A stretch of DNA of 64,000 nucleotides from Balanoglossus misakiensis (Eukaryota > Animalia > Hemichordata), in assembly GCA_040954595.2 (NCBI GenBank), contig CM082597.2:5461244-5525243 (forward strand), in the 5' to 3' direction. The stretch's first letter is position 1. Every line of letters begins with the position of its first letter. The position numbers and the translations under genes are program-made. Below, piece by piece: positions 1 through 15,000 of this stretch. The notes beneath the pieces were generated by a model. It was not told where the DNA came from. It did no database searches and saw only the letters and a list, made by a program, of their open reading frames with translations.

Positions 1-3000
1 CGAAATTTCAGAATTTGGTGGTTTTTTGATAAAAACCATGGGTTATAGCTCATGAAAATCATCCAGAAATGTCAATTTTCCGACCTCGCGAAATTTCAGA
101 ATTTTGTGGTTTTTTGATAAAAACCATGGGTTATAGCTCATGAAAATCATCCAGAAATGTCAATTTTCCGACCTCGCGAAATTTCAGAATTTGGTGGTTT
201 TTTGATAAAAACCATGGGTTATAGATCATGAAAATCATCCAGAAATGTCAATTTTCCGACCTCGCGAAATTTCAGAATTTGGTGGTTTTTTGATAAAAAC
301 CATGGGTTATAGCTCATGAAAATCATCCAGAAATGTCAATTTTTCGACTTCGCGAAATTTCAGAATTTGGTGGTTTTTTGATAAAAACCATGGGTTATAG
401 CTCATGAAAATCATCCAGAAATGTCAATTTTTCGACTTCGCGAAATTTCAGAATTTGGTGGTTTTTTGATAAAAACCATGGGTTATAGCTCATGAAAATC
501 ATCCAGAAATGTCAATTTTCCGACCTCGCGAAATTTCAGAATTTGGTGGTTTTTTGTTAAAAACCATGGGTTATAGCTCATGAAAATCATCCAGAAATGT
601 CAATTTTCCGACCTCGCGAAATTTCAGAATTTGGTGGTTTTTTGATAAAAACCATGGGTTATAGCTCATGAAAATCATCCAGAAATGTCAATTTTCCGAC
701 CTCGCGAAATTTCAGAATTTGGTGGTTTTTTGATAAAAACCATGGGTTATAGCTCATGAAAATCATCCAGAAATGTCAATTTTTCGACCTCGCGAAATTT
801 CAGAATTTGGTGGTTTTTTGATAAAAACCATGGGTTATAGCTCATGAAAATCATCCAGAAATGTCAATTTTCCGACCTCGCGAAATTTCAGAATTTGGTG
901 GTTTTTTGATAAAAACCATGGGTTATAGCTCATGAAAATCATCCAGAAATGTCAATTTTCCGACCTCGCGAAATTTCAGAATTTGGTGGTTTTTTGATAA
1001 AAACCATGGGTTATAGCTCATGAAAATCATCCAGAAATGTCAATTTTCGACTTCGCGAAATTTCAGAATTTGGTGGTTTTTTGATAAAAACCATGGGTTA
1101 TAGCTCATGAAAATCATCCAGAAATGTCAATTTTTCGACTTCGCGAAATTTCAGAATTTGGTGGTTTTTTGATAAAAACCATGGGTTATAGCTCATGAAA
1201 ATCATCCAGAAATGTCAATTTTCCGACCTCGCGAAATTTCAGAATTTGGTGGTTTTTTGATAAAAACCATGGGTTATAGCTCATGAAAATCATCCAGAAA
1301 TGTCAATTTTCCGACCTCGCGAAATTTCAGAATTTGGTGGTTTTTTGATAAAAACCATGGGTTATAGCTCATGAAAATCATCCAGAAATGTCAATTTTCC
1401 GACCTCGCGAAATTTCAGAATTTGGTGGTTTTTTGATAAAAACCATGGGTTATAGCTCATGAAAATCATCCAGAAATGTCAATTTTTCGACCTCGCGAAA
1501 TTTCAGAATTTGGTGGTTTTTTGATAAAAACCATGGGTTATAGCTCATGAAAATCATCCAGAAATGTCAATTTTCCGACCTCGCGAAATTTCAGAATTTG
1601 GTGGTTTTTTGATAAAAACCATGGGTTATAGCTCATGAAAATCATCCAGAAATGTCAATTTTTCGACTTCGCGAAATTTCAGAATTTGGTGGTTTTTTGA
1701 TAAAAACCATGGGTTATAGCTCATGAAAATCATCCAGAAATGTCAATTTTTCGACTTCGCGAAATTTCAGAATTTGGTGGTTTTTTGATAAAAACCATGG
1801 GTTATAGCTCATGAAAATCATCCAGAAATGTCAATTTTCCGACCTCGCGAAATTTCAGAATTTGGTGGTTTTTTGTTAAAAACCATGGGTTATAGCTCAT
1901 GAAAATCATCCAGAAATGTCAATTTTCCGACCTCGCGAAATTTCAGAATTTGGTGGTTTTTTGATAAAAACCATGGGTTATAGCTCATGAAAATCATCCA
2001 GAAATGTCAATTTTCCGACCTCGCGAAATTTCAGAATTTGGTGGTTTTTTGATAAAAACCATGGGGTATAGCTCATGAAAATCATCCAGAAATGTCAATT
2101 TTTCGACCTCGCGAAATTTCAGAATTTGGTGGTTTTTTGATAAAAACCATGGGTTATAGCTCATGAAAATCATCCAGAAATGTCAATTTTCCGACCTCGC
2201 GAAATTTCAGAATTTGGTGGTTTTTTGATAAAAACCATGGGTTATAGCTCATGAAAATCATCCAGAAATGTCAATTTTTCGACCTCGCGAAATTTCAAAT
2301 GTGGTCATTTTTTGATAAAAACCATGGGTTATAGCTCATGAAAATCATCCAGAAATGTCAATTTTTCGACCTCGCGAAATTTCAGAATTTGGTGGTTTTT
2401 TGATAAAAACCATGGGTTATAGCTCATGAAAATCATCCAGAAATGTCAATTTTTCACTTCGCGAAATTTCAAAATTTGGTGGTTTTTTGATAAAAACCAT
2501 GGGTTATAGCTCATGAAAATCATCCAGAAATGTCAATTTTTCGACCTCGCGAAATTTCAAAATTTGGTGGTTTTTTGATAAAAACCATGGGTTATAGCTC
2601 ATGAAAATCATCCAGAAATGTCAATTTTCGACTTCGCGAAATTTCAGAATTTGGTGGTTTTTTGATAAAAACCAGGGTTATAGCTCAAGACAATCATCCA
2701 GAAATGTCAATTTTTCGACTTCGATAAATTTCAAAATTTGGTGGTTTTTTGATAAAAACCATGGGTTATAGCTCATGAAAATCATCCAGAAATGTCAATT
2801 TTTCGACTTCGCGAAATTTCAAATGTGGTCATTTTTGATAAAAACCATGGGTTATAGCTCATGAAAATCATCCAGAAATGTCAATTTTTCGACTTCGCGA
2901 AATTTCAAAATGTGGTCAATTTTTGATAAAAACCATGGGTTATAGCTCATGAAAATCATCCAGAAATGTCAATTTTCCGACCTCGCGAAATTTCAGAATT

Positions 3001-6000
3001 TGGTGGTTATTTGATAAAAACCATGGGTTATAGCTCATGAAAATCATCCAGAAATGTCAATTTTTCGACCTCGCGAAATTTCAGAATTTGGTGGTTTTTT
3101 GATAAAAACCATGGGTTATAGCTCATGAAAATCATCCAGAAATGTCAATTTTTCGACCTCGCGAAATTTCAGAATTTGGTGGTTTTTTGATAAAAACCAT
3201 GGGTTATAGCTCATGAAAATCATCCAGAAATGTCAATTTTTCGACCTCGCGAAATTTCAGAATTTGGTGGTTTTTTGATAAACACCATGGGTTATAGCTC
3301 ATGAAAATCATCCAGAAATGTCAATTTTTCGACCTCGCAAAATTTCAGAATTTGGTGGTTTTTTGATAAAAACCATGGGTTATAGCTCATGAAAATCATC
3401 CAGAAATGTCAATTTTCCGACCTCGCGAAATTTCAGAATTTGGTGGTTTTTTGATAAAAACCATGGGTTATAGCTCATGAAAATCATCCAGAAATGTCAA
3501 TTTTTCGACCTCGCGAAATTTCAGAATTTGGTGGTTTTTTGATAAACACCATGGGTTATAGCTCATGAAAATCATCCAGAAATGTCAATTTTTCGACCTC
3601 GCGAAATTTCAGAATTTGGTGGTTTTTTGATAAAAACCATGGGTTATAGCTCATGAAAATCATCCAGAAATGTCAATTTTCCGACCTCGCGAAATTTCAG
3701 AATTTGGTGGTTTTTTGATAAAAACCATGGGTTATAGCTCATGAAAATCATCCAGAAATGTCAATTTTCCGACCTCGCGAAATTTCAGAATTTGGTAGTT
3801 TTTTGATATAAACCATGGGTTATAGCTCATGAAAACCATCCAGAAATGTCAATTTTTCGACCTCGCGAAATTTCAAAATTTGGTGGTTTTTTGATAAAAA
3901 CCATGGGTTATAGCTCATGAAAATCATCCAGAAATGTCAATTTTTCGACCTCGCGAAATTTCAAAATTTGGTGGTTTTTTGATAAAAACCATGGGTTATA
4001 GCTCATGAAAATCACCCAGAAATGTCAATTTTTCGACCTCGCGAAATTTCAGAATTTGTGGTTTTTGATAAAAACCATGGGTTATAGCTCATGAAAACCA
4101 TCCAGAAATGTCAATTTTTCGACCTCGTGAAATTTCAGAATTTGGTGGTTTTTTGATAAAAACCATGGGTTATAGCTCAGGAAAATCATCCAGAAATGTC
4201 AATTTTTCGACCTTGCGAAATTTCACAATTTGGTGGTTTTTTGATAAAAACCATGGGTTATAGCTCATGAAAATCATCCAGAAATGTCAATTTTTCGACC
4301 TCGCGAAATTTCAGAATTTGGTGGTTTTTTGATAAAAACCATGGGTTATAGCTCATGAAAATCATCCAGAAATGTCAATTTTTCGACCTCGCGAAATTTC
4401 AGAATTTGGTGGTTTTTGATAAAAACCATGGTTATAGCTCATGAAAATCATCCAGAAATGTCAATTTTCCGACCTCGCGAAATTTCAGAATTTGGTGGTT
4501 TTTTGATAAAAACCATGGGTTATAGCTCATGAAAATCATCCAGAAATGTCAATTTTCCGACCTCGCGAAATTTCAGAATTTGATGGTTTTTTGATAAAAA
4601 CCATGGGTTATAGCTCATGAAAATCATCCAGAAATGTCAATTTTCCGACCTCGCGAAATTTCAGAATTTGGTGGTTTTTTGATAAAAACCATGGGTTATA
4701 GCTCATGAAAATCATCCAGAAATGTCAATTTTCCGACCTCGCGAAATTTCAGAATTTGGTGGTTTTTTGTTAAAAACCATGGGTTATAGCTCATGAAAAT
4801 CATCCAGAAATGTCAATTTTCCGACCTCGCGAAATTTCAGAATTTGGTGGTTTTTTGATAAAAACCATGGGTTATAGCTCATGAAAATCATCCAGAAATG
4901 TCAATTTTCCGACCTCGCGAAATTTCAGAATTTGGTGGTTTTTTGATAAAAACCATGGGTATAGCTCATGAAAATCATCCAGAAATGTCAATTTTTCGAC
5001 CTCGCGAAATTTCAGAATTTGGTGGTTTTTTGATAAAAACCATGGGTTATAGCTCAAGAAAATCATCCAGAAATGTCAATTTTTCGACTTCGATAAATTT
5101 CAAAATTTGGTGGTTTTTTGATAAAAACCATGGGTTATAGCTCATGAAAATCATCCAGAAATGTCAATTTTTCGACTTCGCGAAATTTCAAAATGTGGTC
5201 ATTTTTTGATAAAAACCATGGGTTATAGCTCATGAAAATCATCCAGAAATGTCAATTTTTCGACTTCGCGAAATTTCAAAATTTGGTGGTTTTTTGATAA
5301 AAACCATGGGTTATAGCTCATGAAAATCATCCAGAAATGTCAATTTTTCGACCTCGCGAAATTTCAAAATTTGGTGGTTTTTTGATAAAAACCATGGGTT
5401 ATAGCTCATGAAAATCATCCAGAAATGTCAATTTTTCGACTTCGCGAAATTTCAGAATTTGGTGGTTTTTTGATAAAAACCATGGGTTATAGCTCAAGAA
5501 AATCATCCAGAAATGTCAATTTTTCGACTTCGATAAATTTCAAAATTTGGTGGTTTTTTGATAAAAACCATGGGTTATAGCTCATGAAAATCATCCAGAA
5601 ATGTCAATTTTTCGACTTCGCGAAATTTCAAAATGTGGTCATTTTCTGATAAAAACCATGGGTTATAGCTCATGAAAATAATCCAGAAATGTCAATTTTT
5701 CGACTTCGCGAAATTTCAAAATGTGGTCATTTTTTGATAAAAACCATGGGTTATAGCTCATGAAAATCATCCAGAAATGTCAATTTTCCGACCTCGCGAA
5801 ATTTCAGAATTTGGTGGTTATTTGATAAAAACCATGGGTTACAGCTCATGAAAATCATCCTGAAATGTCAATTTTTCGACCTCGCGAAATTTCAGAATTT
5901 GGTGGTTTTTTGATAAAAACCATGGGTTATAGCTCATGAAAATCATCCAGAAATGTCAATTTTTCGACCTCGCGAAATTTCAGAATTTGGTTATAGCTCA

Positions 6001-9000
6001 TGAAAATCATCCAGAAATGTCAATTTTTCGACCTCGCGAAATTTCAGAATTTGGTGGTTTTTTGATAAACACCATGGGTTATAGCTCATGAAAATCATCC
6101 AGAAATGTCAATTTTTCGACCTCGCGAAATTTCAGAATTTGGTGGTTTTTTGATAAAAACCATGGGTTATAGCTCATGAAAATCATCCAGAAATGTCAAT
6201 TTTCCGACCTCGCGAAATTTCAGAATTTGGTGGTTTTTTGATAAAAACCATGGGTTATAGCTCATGAAAATCATCCAGAAATGTCAATTTTCCGACCTCG
6301 CGAAATTTCAGAATTTGGTGGTTTTTTGATAAAAACCATGGGTTATAGCTCATGAAAATCATCCAGAAATGTCAATTTTCCGACCTCGCGAAATTTCAGA
6401 ATTTGGTGGTTTTTAGATAAAAACCATGGGTTATAGCTCATGAAAATCATCCAGAAATGTCAATTTTCCGACCTCGCGAAATTTCAGAATTTGGTGGTTT
6501 TTTGATATAAACCATGGGTTATAGCTCATGAAAACCATCCAGAAATGTCAATATTTCGACCTCGCGAAATTTCAAAATTTGGTGGTTTTTTGATAAAAAC
6601 CATGGGTTATAGCTCATGAAAATAATCCAGAAATGTCAATTTTTCGACCTCGCGAAATTTCAAAATTTGGTGGTTTTTTGATAAAAAACCATGGGTTATA
6701 GCTCATGAAAATCACCCAGAAATGTCAATTTTTCGACCTCGCGAAATTTCAGAATTTGGTGGTTTTTTGATAAAAACCATGGGTTATAGCTCATGAAAAT
6801 CATCCAGAAATGTCAATTTTTCGACCTCGCGAAATTTCAGAATTTGGTGGTTTTTTGATAAAAACCATGGGTTATAGCTCATGAAAATCATCCAGAAATG
6901 TCAATTTTTCGACCTCGCGAAATTTCAGAATTTGGTGGTTTTTTGATAAAAACCATGGGTTATAGCTCATGAAAATCATCCAGAAATATCAATTTTTCGA
7001 CCTCGCGAAATTTCAGAATTTGGTGGTTTTTTGATAAAAACCATGGGTTATAGCTCATGAAAATCATCCAGAAATGTCAATTTTCCGACCTCGCGAAATT
7101 TCAGAATTTTGGTGGTTTTTTGATAAAAACCATGGGTTATAGCTCATGAAAATCATCCAGAAATGTCAATTTTCCGACCTCGCGAAATTTCAGAATTTGG
7201 TGGTTTTTTGTTAAAAACCATGGGTTATAGCTCATGAAAATCATCCAGAAATGTCAATTTTCCGACCTCGCGAAATTTCAGAATTTGGTGGTTTTTTGAT
7301 AAAAACCATGGGTTATAGCTCATGAAAATCATCCAGAAATGTCAATTTTCCGACCTCGCGAAATTTCAGAATTTGGTGGTTTTTTGATAAAAACCATGGG
7401 TTATAGCTCATGAAAATCATCCAGAAATGTCAATTTTTCGACCTCGCGAAATTTCAGAATTTGGTGGTTTTTTGATAAAAACCATGGGTTATAGCTCATG
7501 AAAATCATCCAGAAATGTCAATTTTTCGACTTCGCGAAATTTCAAAATTTGGTGGTTTTTTGATAAAAACCATGGGTTATAGCTCATGAAAATCATCCAG
7601 AAATGTCAATTTTTCGACCTCGCGAAATTTCAAAATTTGGTGGTTTTTTGATAAAAACCATGGGTTATAGCTCATGAAAATCATCCAGAAATGTCAATTT
7701 TTCGACTTCGCGAAATTTCAGAATTTGGTGGTTTTTTGATAAAAACCATGGGTTATAGCTCAAGAAAATCATCCAGAAATGTCAATTTTTCGACTTCGAT
7801 AAATTTCAGAATTTGGTGGTTTTTTGATAAAAACCATGGGTTATAGCTCATGAAAATCATCCAGAAATGTCAATTTTTCGACTTCGCGAAATTTCAAAAT
7901 GTGGTCATTTTTTGATAAAAACCATGGGTTATAGCTCATGAAAATCATCCAGAAATGTCAATTTTTCGACCTCGCGAAATTTCAGAATTTGGTGGTTTTT
8001 TGATAAAAACCATGGGTTATAGCTCATGAAAATCATCCAGAAATGTCAATTTTTCGACTTCGCGAAATTTCAAAATTTGGTGGTTTTTTGATAAAAACCA
8101 TGGGTTATAGCTCATGAAAATCATCCAGAAATGTCAATTTTTCGACCTCGCGAAATTTCAAAATTTGGTGGTTTTTTGATAAAAACCATGGGTTATAGCT
8201 CATGAAAATCATCCAGAAATGTCAATTTTTCGACTCCGCGAAATTTCAGAATTTGGTGGTTTTTTGATAAAAACCATGGGTTATAGCTCAAGAAAATCAT
8301 CCAGAAATGTCAATTTTTCGACTTCGATAAATTTCAAAATTTGGTGGTTTTTTGATAAAAACCATGGGTTATAGCTCATGAAAATCATCCAGAAATGTCA
8401 ATTTTTCGACTTCGCGAAATTTCAAAATGTGGTCATTTTTTGATAAAAACCATGGGTTATAGCTCATGAAAATCATCCAGAAATGTCAATTTTCCGACCT
8501 CGCGAAATTTCAGAATTTGGTGGTTATTTGATAAAAACCATGGGTTATAGCTCATGAAAATCATCCAGAAATGTCAATTTTTCGACCTCGCGAAATTTCA
8601 GAATTTGGTGGTTTTTTGATAAAAACCATGGGTTATAGCTCATGAAAATCATCCAGAAATGTCAATTTTTCGACCTCGCGAAATTTCAGAATTTGGTGGT
8701 TTTTTGATAAAAACCATGGGTTATAGCTCATGAAAATCATCCAGAAATGTCAATTTTTCGACCTCGCGAAATTTCAGAATTTGGTGGTTTTTTGATAAAC
8801 ACCATGGGTTATAGCTCATGAAAATCATCCAGAAATGTCAATTTTCCGACCTCGCGAAATTTCAGAATTTGGTGGTTTTTTGATAAAAACCATGGGTTAT
8901 AGCTCATGAAAATCATCCAGAAATGTCAATTTTTCCGACCTCGCGAAATTTCAGAATTTGGTGGTTTTTTGATAAAAACCATGGGTTATAGCTCATGAAA

Positions 9001-12000
9001 ATCATCCAGAAATGTCAATTTTTCGACCTCGCGAAATTTCAGAATTTGGTGGTTTTTTGATAAACACCATGGGTTATAGCTCATGAAAATCATCCAGAAA
9101 TGTCAATTTTTCGACCTCGCGAAATTTCAGAATTTGGTGGTTTTTTGATAAAAACCATGGGTTATAGCTCATGAAAATCATCCAGAAATGTCAATTTTCC
9201 GACCTCGCGAAATTTCAGAATTTGGTGGTTTTTTGATAAAAACCATGGGTTATAGCTCATGAAAATCATCCAGAAATGTCAATTTTCCGATCTCGCGAAA
9301 TTTCAGAATTTGGTGGTTTTTTGATATAAACCATGGGTTATAGCTCATGAAAACCATCCAGAAATGTCAATTTTTCGACCTCGCGAAATTTCAAAATTTG
9401 GTGGTTTTTTGATAAAAACCATGGGTTATAGCTCATGAAAATCATCCAGAAATGTCAATTTTTCGACCTCGCGAAATTTCAAAATTTGGTGGTTTTTTGA
9501 TAAAAACCATGGGTTATAGCTCATGAAAATCACCCAGAAATGTCAATTTTTCGACCTCGCGAAATTTCAGAATTTGGTGGTTTTTTGATAAAAACCATGG
9601 GTTATAGCTCATGAAAATCATCCAGAAATGTCAATTTTTCGACCTCGTGAAATTTCAGAATTTGGTGGTTTTTTGATAAAAACCATGGGTTATAGCTCAT
9701 GAAAATCATCCAGAAATGTCAATTTTTCGACCTCGTGAAATTTCAGAATTTGGTGGTTTTTTGATAAAAACCATGGGTTATAGCTCATGAAAATCATCCA
9801 GAAATGTCAATTTTTCGACCTTGCGAAATTTCACAATTTGGTGTTTTTTTGATAAAAACCATGGGTTATAGCTCATGAAAATCATCCAGAAATGTCAATT
9901 TTTCGACCTCGCGAAATTTCAGAATTTGGTGGTTTTTTGATAAAAACCATGGGTTATAGCTCATGAAAATCATCCAGAAATGTCAATTTTCCGACCTCGC
10001 GAAATTTCAGAATTTGGTGGTTTTTTGATAAAAACCATGGGTTATAGCTCATGAAAATCATCCAGAAATGTCAATTTTCCGACCTCGCGAAATTTCAGAA
10101 TTTGGTGGTTTTTTGATAAAAACCATGGGTTATAGCTCATGAAAATCATCCAGAAATGTCAATTTTTCGACCTCGTGAAATTTCAGAATTTGGTGGTTTT
10201 TTGATAAAAACCATGGGTTATAGCTCATGAAAATCATCCAGAAATGTCAATTTTTCGACCTTGCGAAATTTCAGAATTTGGTGGTTTTTTGATAAAAACC
10301 ATGGGTTATAGCTCATGAAAATCATCCAGAAATGTCAATTTTTCGACCTCGCGAAATTTCAGAATTTGGTGGTTTTTTGATAAAAACCATGGGTTATAGC
10401 TCATGAAAATCATCCAGAAATGTCAATTTTCCGACCTCGCGAAATTTCAGAATTTGGTGGTTTTTTGATAAAAACCATGGGTTATAGCTCATGAAAATCA
10501 TCCAGAAATGTCAATTTTCCGACCTCGCGAAATTTCAGAATTTGGTGGTTTTTTGATAAAAACCATGGGTTATAGCTCATGAAAATCATCCAGAAATGTC
10601 AATTTTCCGATTTCGCGAAATTTCAGAATTTGGTGGTTTTTTGATAAAAACCATGGGTTATAGCTCATGAAAATCATCCAGAAATGTCAATTTTCCGACC
10701 TCGCGAAATTTCAGAATTTGGTGGTTTTTTGATAAAAACCATGGGTTATAGCTCATGAAAATCATCCAGAAATGTCAATTTTTCGACTTCGCGAAATTTC
10801 AGAATTTGGTGGTTTTTTGATAAAAACCATGGGTTATACCTCATGTAAATCATCCAGAAATGTCAATTTTTCGACTTCGCGAAATTTCAGAATTTGGTGG
10901 TTTTTTGATAAAAACCATGGGTTATAGCTCATGAAAATCATCCAAGAAATGTCAATTTTCCGACCTCGCGAAATTTCAGAATTTGGTGGTTTTTTGATAA
11001 AAACCATGGGTTATAGCTCATGAAAATCATCCAGAAATGTCAATTTTCCGACCTCGCGAAATTTCAGAATTTGGTGGTTTTTTGATAAAAACCATGGGTT
11101 ATAGCTCATGAAAACCATCCAGAAATGTCAATTTTTCGACCTCGCGAAATTTCAAAATTTGGTGGTTTTTTGATAAAAACCATGGGTTATAGCTCATGAA
11201 AATCATCCAGAAATGTCAATTTTTCGACCTCGCGAAATTTCAAAATTTGGTGGTTTTTTGATAAAAACCATGGGTTATAGCTCATGAAAATCACCCAGAA
11301 ATGTCAATTTTTCGACCTCGCGAAATTTCAGAATTTGGTGGTTTTTTGATAAAAACCATGGGTTATAGCTCATGAAAATCATCCAGAAATGTCAATTTTT
11401 CGACCTCGTGAAATTTCAGAATTTGGTGGTTTTTTGATAAAAACCATGGGTTATAGCTCATGAAAATCATCCAGAAATGTCAATTTTTCGACCTCGTGAA
11501 ATTTCACAATTTGGTGGTTTTTTGATAAAAACCATGGGTTATAGCTCATGAAAATCATCCAGAAATGTCAATTTTTCGACCTTGCGAAATTTCACAATTT
11601 GGTGGTTTTTTGATAAAAACCATGGGTTATAGCTCATGAAAATCATCCAGAAATGTCAATTTTTCGACCTCGCGAAATTTCAGAATTTGGTGGTTTTTTG
11701 ATAAAAACCATGGGTTATAGCTCATGAAAATCATCCAGAAATGTCAATTTTCCGACCTCGCGAAATTTCAGAATTTGGTGGTTTTTTGATAAAAACCATG
11801 GGTTATAGCTCATGAAAATCATCCAGAAATGTCAATTTTCCGACCTCGCGAAATTTCAGAATTTGGTGGTTTTTTGATAAAAACCATGGGTTATAGCTCA
11901 TGAAAATCATCCAGAAATGTCAATTTTTCGACCTCGTGAAATTTCAGAATTTGGTGGTTTTTTGATAAAAACCATGGGTTATAGCTCATGAAAATCATCC

Positions 12001-15000
12001 AGAAATGTCAATTTTCCGACCTCGCGAAATTTCAGAATTTGGTGGTTTTTTGATAAAAACCATGGGTTATAGCTCATGAAAATCATCCAGAAATGTCAAT
12101 TTTCCGACCTCGCGAAATTTCAGAATTTGGTGGTTTTTTGATAAAAACCATGGGTTATAGCTCATGAAAATCATCCAGAAATGTCAATTTTCCGATTTCG
12201 CGAAATTTCAGAATTTGGTGGTTTTTTGATAAAAACCATGGGTTATAGCTCATGAAAATCATCCAGAAATGTCAATTTTCCGACCTCGCGAAATTTCAGA
12301 ATTTGGTGGTTTTTTGATAAAAACCATGGGTTATAGCTCATGAAAATCATCCAGAAATGTCAATTTTTCGACTTCGCGAAATTTCAGAATTTGGTGGTTT
12401 TTTGATAAAAACCATGGGTTATACCTCATGTAAATCATCCAGAAATGTCAATTTTTCGACTTCGCGAAATTTCAGAATTTGGTGGTTTTTTGATAAAAAC
12501 CATGGGTTATAGCTCATGAAAATCATCCAGAAATGTCAATTTTCCGACCTCGCGAAATTTCAGAATTTGGTGGTTTTTTGATAAAAACCATGGGTTATAG
12601 CTCATGAAAATCATCCAGAAATGTCAATTTTCCGACCTCGCGAAATTTCAGAATTTGGTGGTTTTTTGATAAAAACCATGGGTTATAGCTCATGAAAATC
12701 ATCCAGAAATGTCAATTTTCCGATCTCGCGAAATTTCAGAATTTGGTGGTTTTTTGATAAAAACCATGGGTTATAGCTCATGAAAATCATCCAGAAATGT
12801 CAATTTTCCGACCTCGCGAAATTTCAGAATTTGGTGGTTTTTTGATAAAAACCATGGGTTATAGCTCATGAAAATCATCCAGAAATGTCAATTTTCCGAC
12901 CTCGCGAAATTTCAGAATTTAGTGGTTTTTTGATAAAAACCATGGGTTATAGCTCATGAAAATCATCCAGAAATGTCAATTTTCCGATTTCGCGAAATTT
13001 CAGAATTTGGTGGTTTTTTGATAAAAACCATGGGTTATAGCTCATGAAAATCATCCAGAAATGTCAATTTTTCGACCTCGTGAAATTTCAGAATTTGGTG
13101 GTTTTTTGATAAAAACCATGGGTTATAGCTCATGAAAATCATCCAGAAATGTCAATTTTTCGACCTTGCGAAATTTCAGAATTTGGTGGTTTTTTGATAA
13201 AAACCATGGGTTATAGCTCATGAAAATCATCCAGAAATGTCAATTTTTCGACCTCGCGAAATTTCAGAATTTGGTGGTTTTTTGATAAAAACCATGGGTT
13301 ATAGCTCATGAAAATCATCCAGAAATGTCAATTTTCCGACCTCGCGAAATTTCAGAATTTGGTGGTTTTTTGATAAAAACCATGGGTTATAGCTCATGAA
13401 AATCATCCAGAAATGTCAATTTTCCGACCTCGCGAAATTTCAGAATTTGGTGGTTTTTTGATAAAAGCCATGGGTTATAGCTCATGAAAATCATCCAGAA
13501 ATGTCAATTTTCCGATTTCGCGAAATTTCAGAATTTGGTGGTTTTTTGATAAAAACCATGGGTTATAGCTCATGAAAATCATCCAGAAATGTCAATTTTC
13601 CGACCTCGCGAAATTTCAGAATTTGGTGATTTTTTGATAAAAAACATGGGTTATAGCTCATGAAAATCATCCAGAAATGTCAATTTTCCGACCTCGCGAA
13701 ATATCAGAATTTGGTGGTTTTTTGATAAAAACCATGGGTTATAGCTCATGAAAATCATCCAGAAATGTCAATTTTCCGACCTCGCGAAATATCAGAATTT
13801 GGTGGTTTTTTGATAAAAACCATGGGTTATAGCTCATGAAAATCATCCAGAAATGTCAATTTTTCGACTTCGCGAAATTTCAGAATTTGGTGGTTTTTTG
13901 ATAAAAACCATGGGTTATAGCTCATGTAAATCATCCAGAAATGTCAATTTTTCGACTTCGCGAAATTTCAGAATTTGGTGGTTTTTTGATAAAAACCATG
14001 GGTTATAGCTCATGAAAATCATCCAGAAATGTCAATTTTCCGACCTCGCGAAATTTCAGAATTTGGTGGTTTTTTGATAAAAACCATGGGTTATAGCTCA
14101 TGAAAATCATCCAGAAATGTCAATTTTCCGACCTCGCGAAATTTCAGAATTTGGTGGTTTTTTGATAAAAACCATGTGTTATAGCTCATGAAAATCATCC
14201 ATAAATGTCAATTTTCCGACCTCGCGAAATTTCAGAATTTGGTGATTTTTTGATAAAAACCATGGGTTATAGCTCATGAAAATCATCCAGAAATGTCAAT
14301 TTTCCGATCTCGCGAAATTTCAGAATTTGGTGGTTTTTTGATAAAAACCATGGGTTATAGCTCATGAAAATCATCCAGAAATGTCAATTTTCCGATCTCG
14401 CGAAATTTCAGAATTTGGTGGTTTTTTGATAAAAACCATGGGTTATAGCTCATGAAAATCATCCAGAAATGTCAATTTTCCGACCTCGCGAAATTTCAGA
14501 ATTTGGTGGTTTTTTGATAAAAACCATGGGTTATAGCTCATGAAAATCATCCAGAAATGTCAATTTTTCGACCTCGCGAAATTTCAGAATTTGGTGGTTT
14601 TTTGATAAAAACCATGGGTTATAGCTCATGAAAATCATCCAGAAATGTCAATTTTCCGACCTCGCGAAATTTCAGAAGTTGGTGGTTTTTTGATAAAAAC
14701 CATGGGTTATAGCTCATGAAAATCATCCAGAAATGTCAATTTTCCGATCTCGCGAAATTTCAGAATTTGGTGGTTTTTTGATAAAAACCATGGGTTATAG
14801 CTCATGAAAATCATCCAGAAATGTCAATTTTCCGATCTCGCGAAATTTCAGAATTTGGTGGTTTTTTGATAAAAACCATGGGTTATAGCTCATGTAAATC
14901 ATCCAGAAATGTCAATTTTTCGACTTCGCGAAATTTCAGAATTTGGTGGTTTTTTGATAAAAACCATGGGTTATAGCTCATGAAAATCATCCAGAAATGT

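Noticed and set aside
1-88. CENP-B box or telomeric repeat in the monomer
   Set aside because: No match to YTTCGTTGGAARCGGGA or (TTAGGG)n.
4872-5140. ORFs within the 88-bp satellite
   Set aside because: They arise from a chance 1-bp indel in a repeat whose period is not a multiple of 3; no coding signal.
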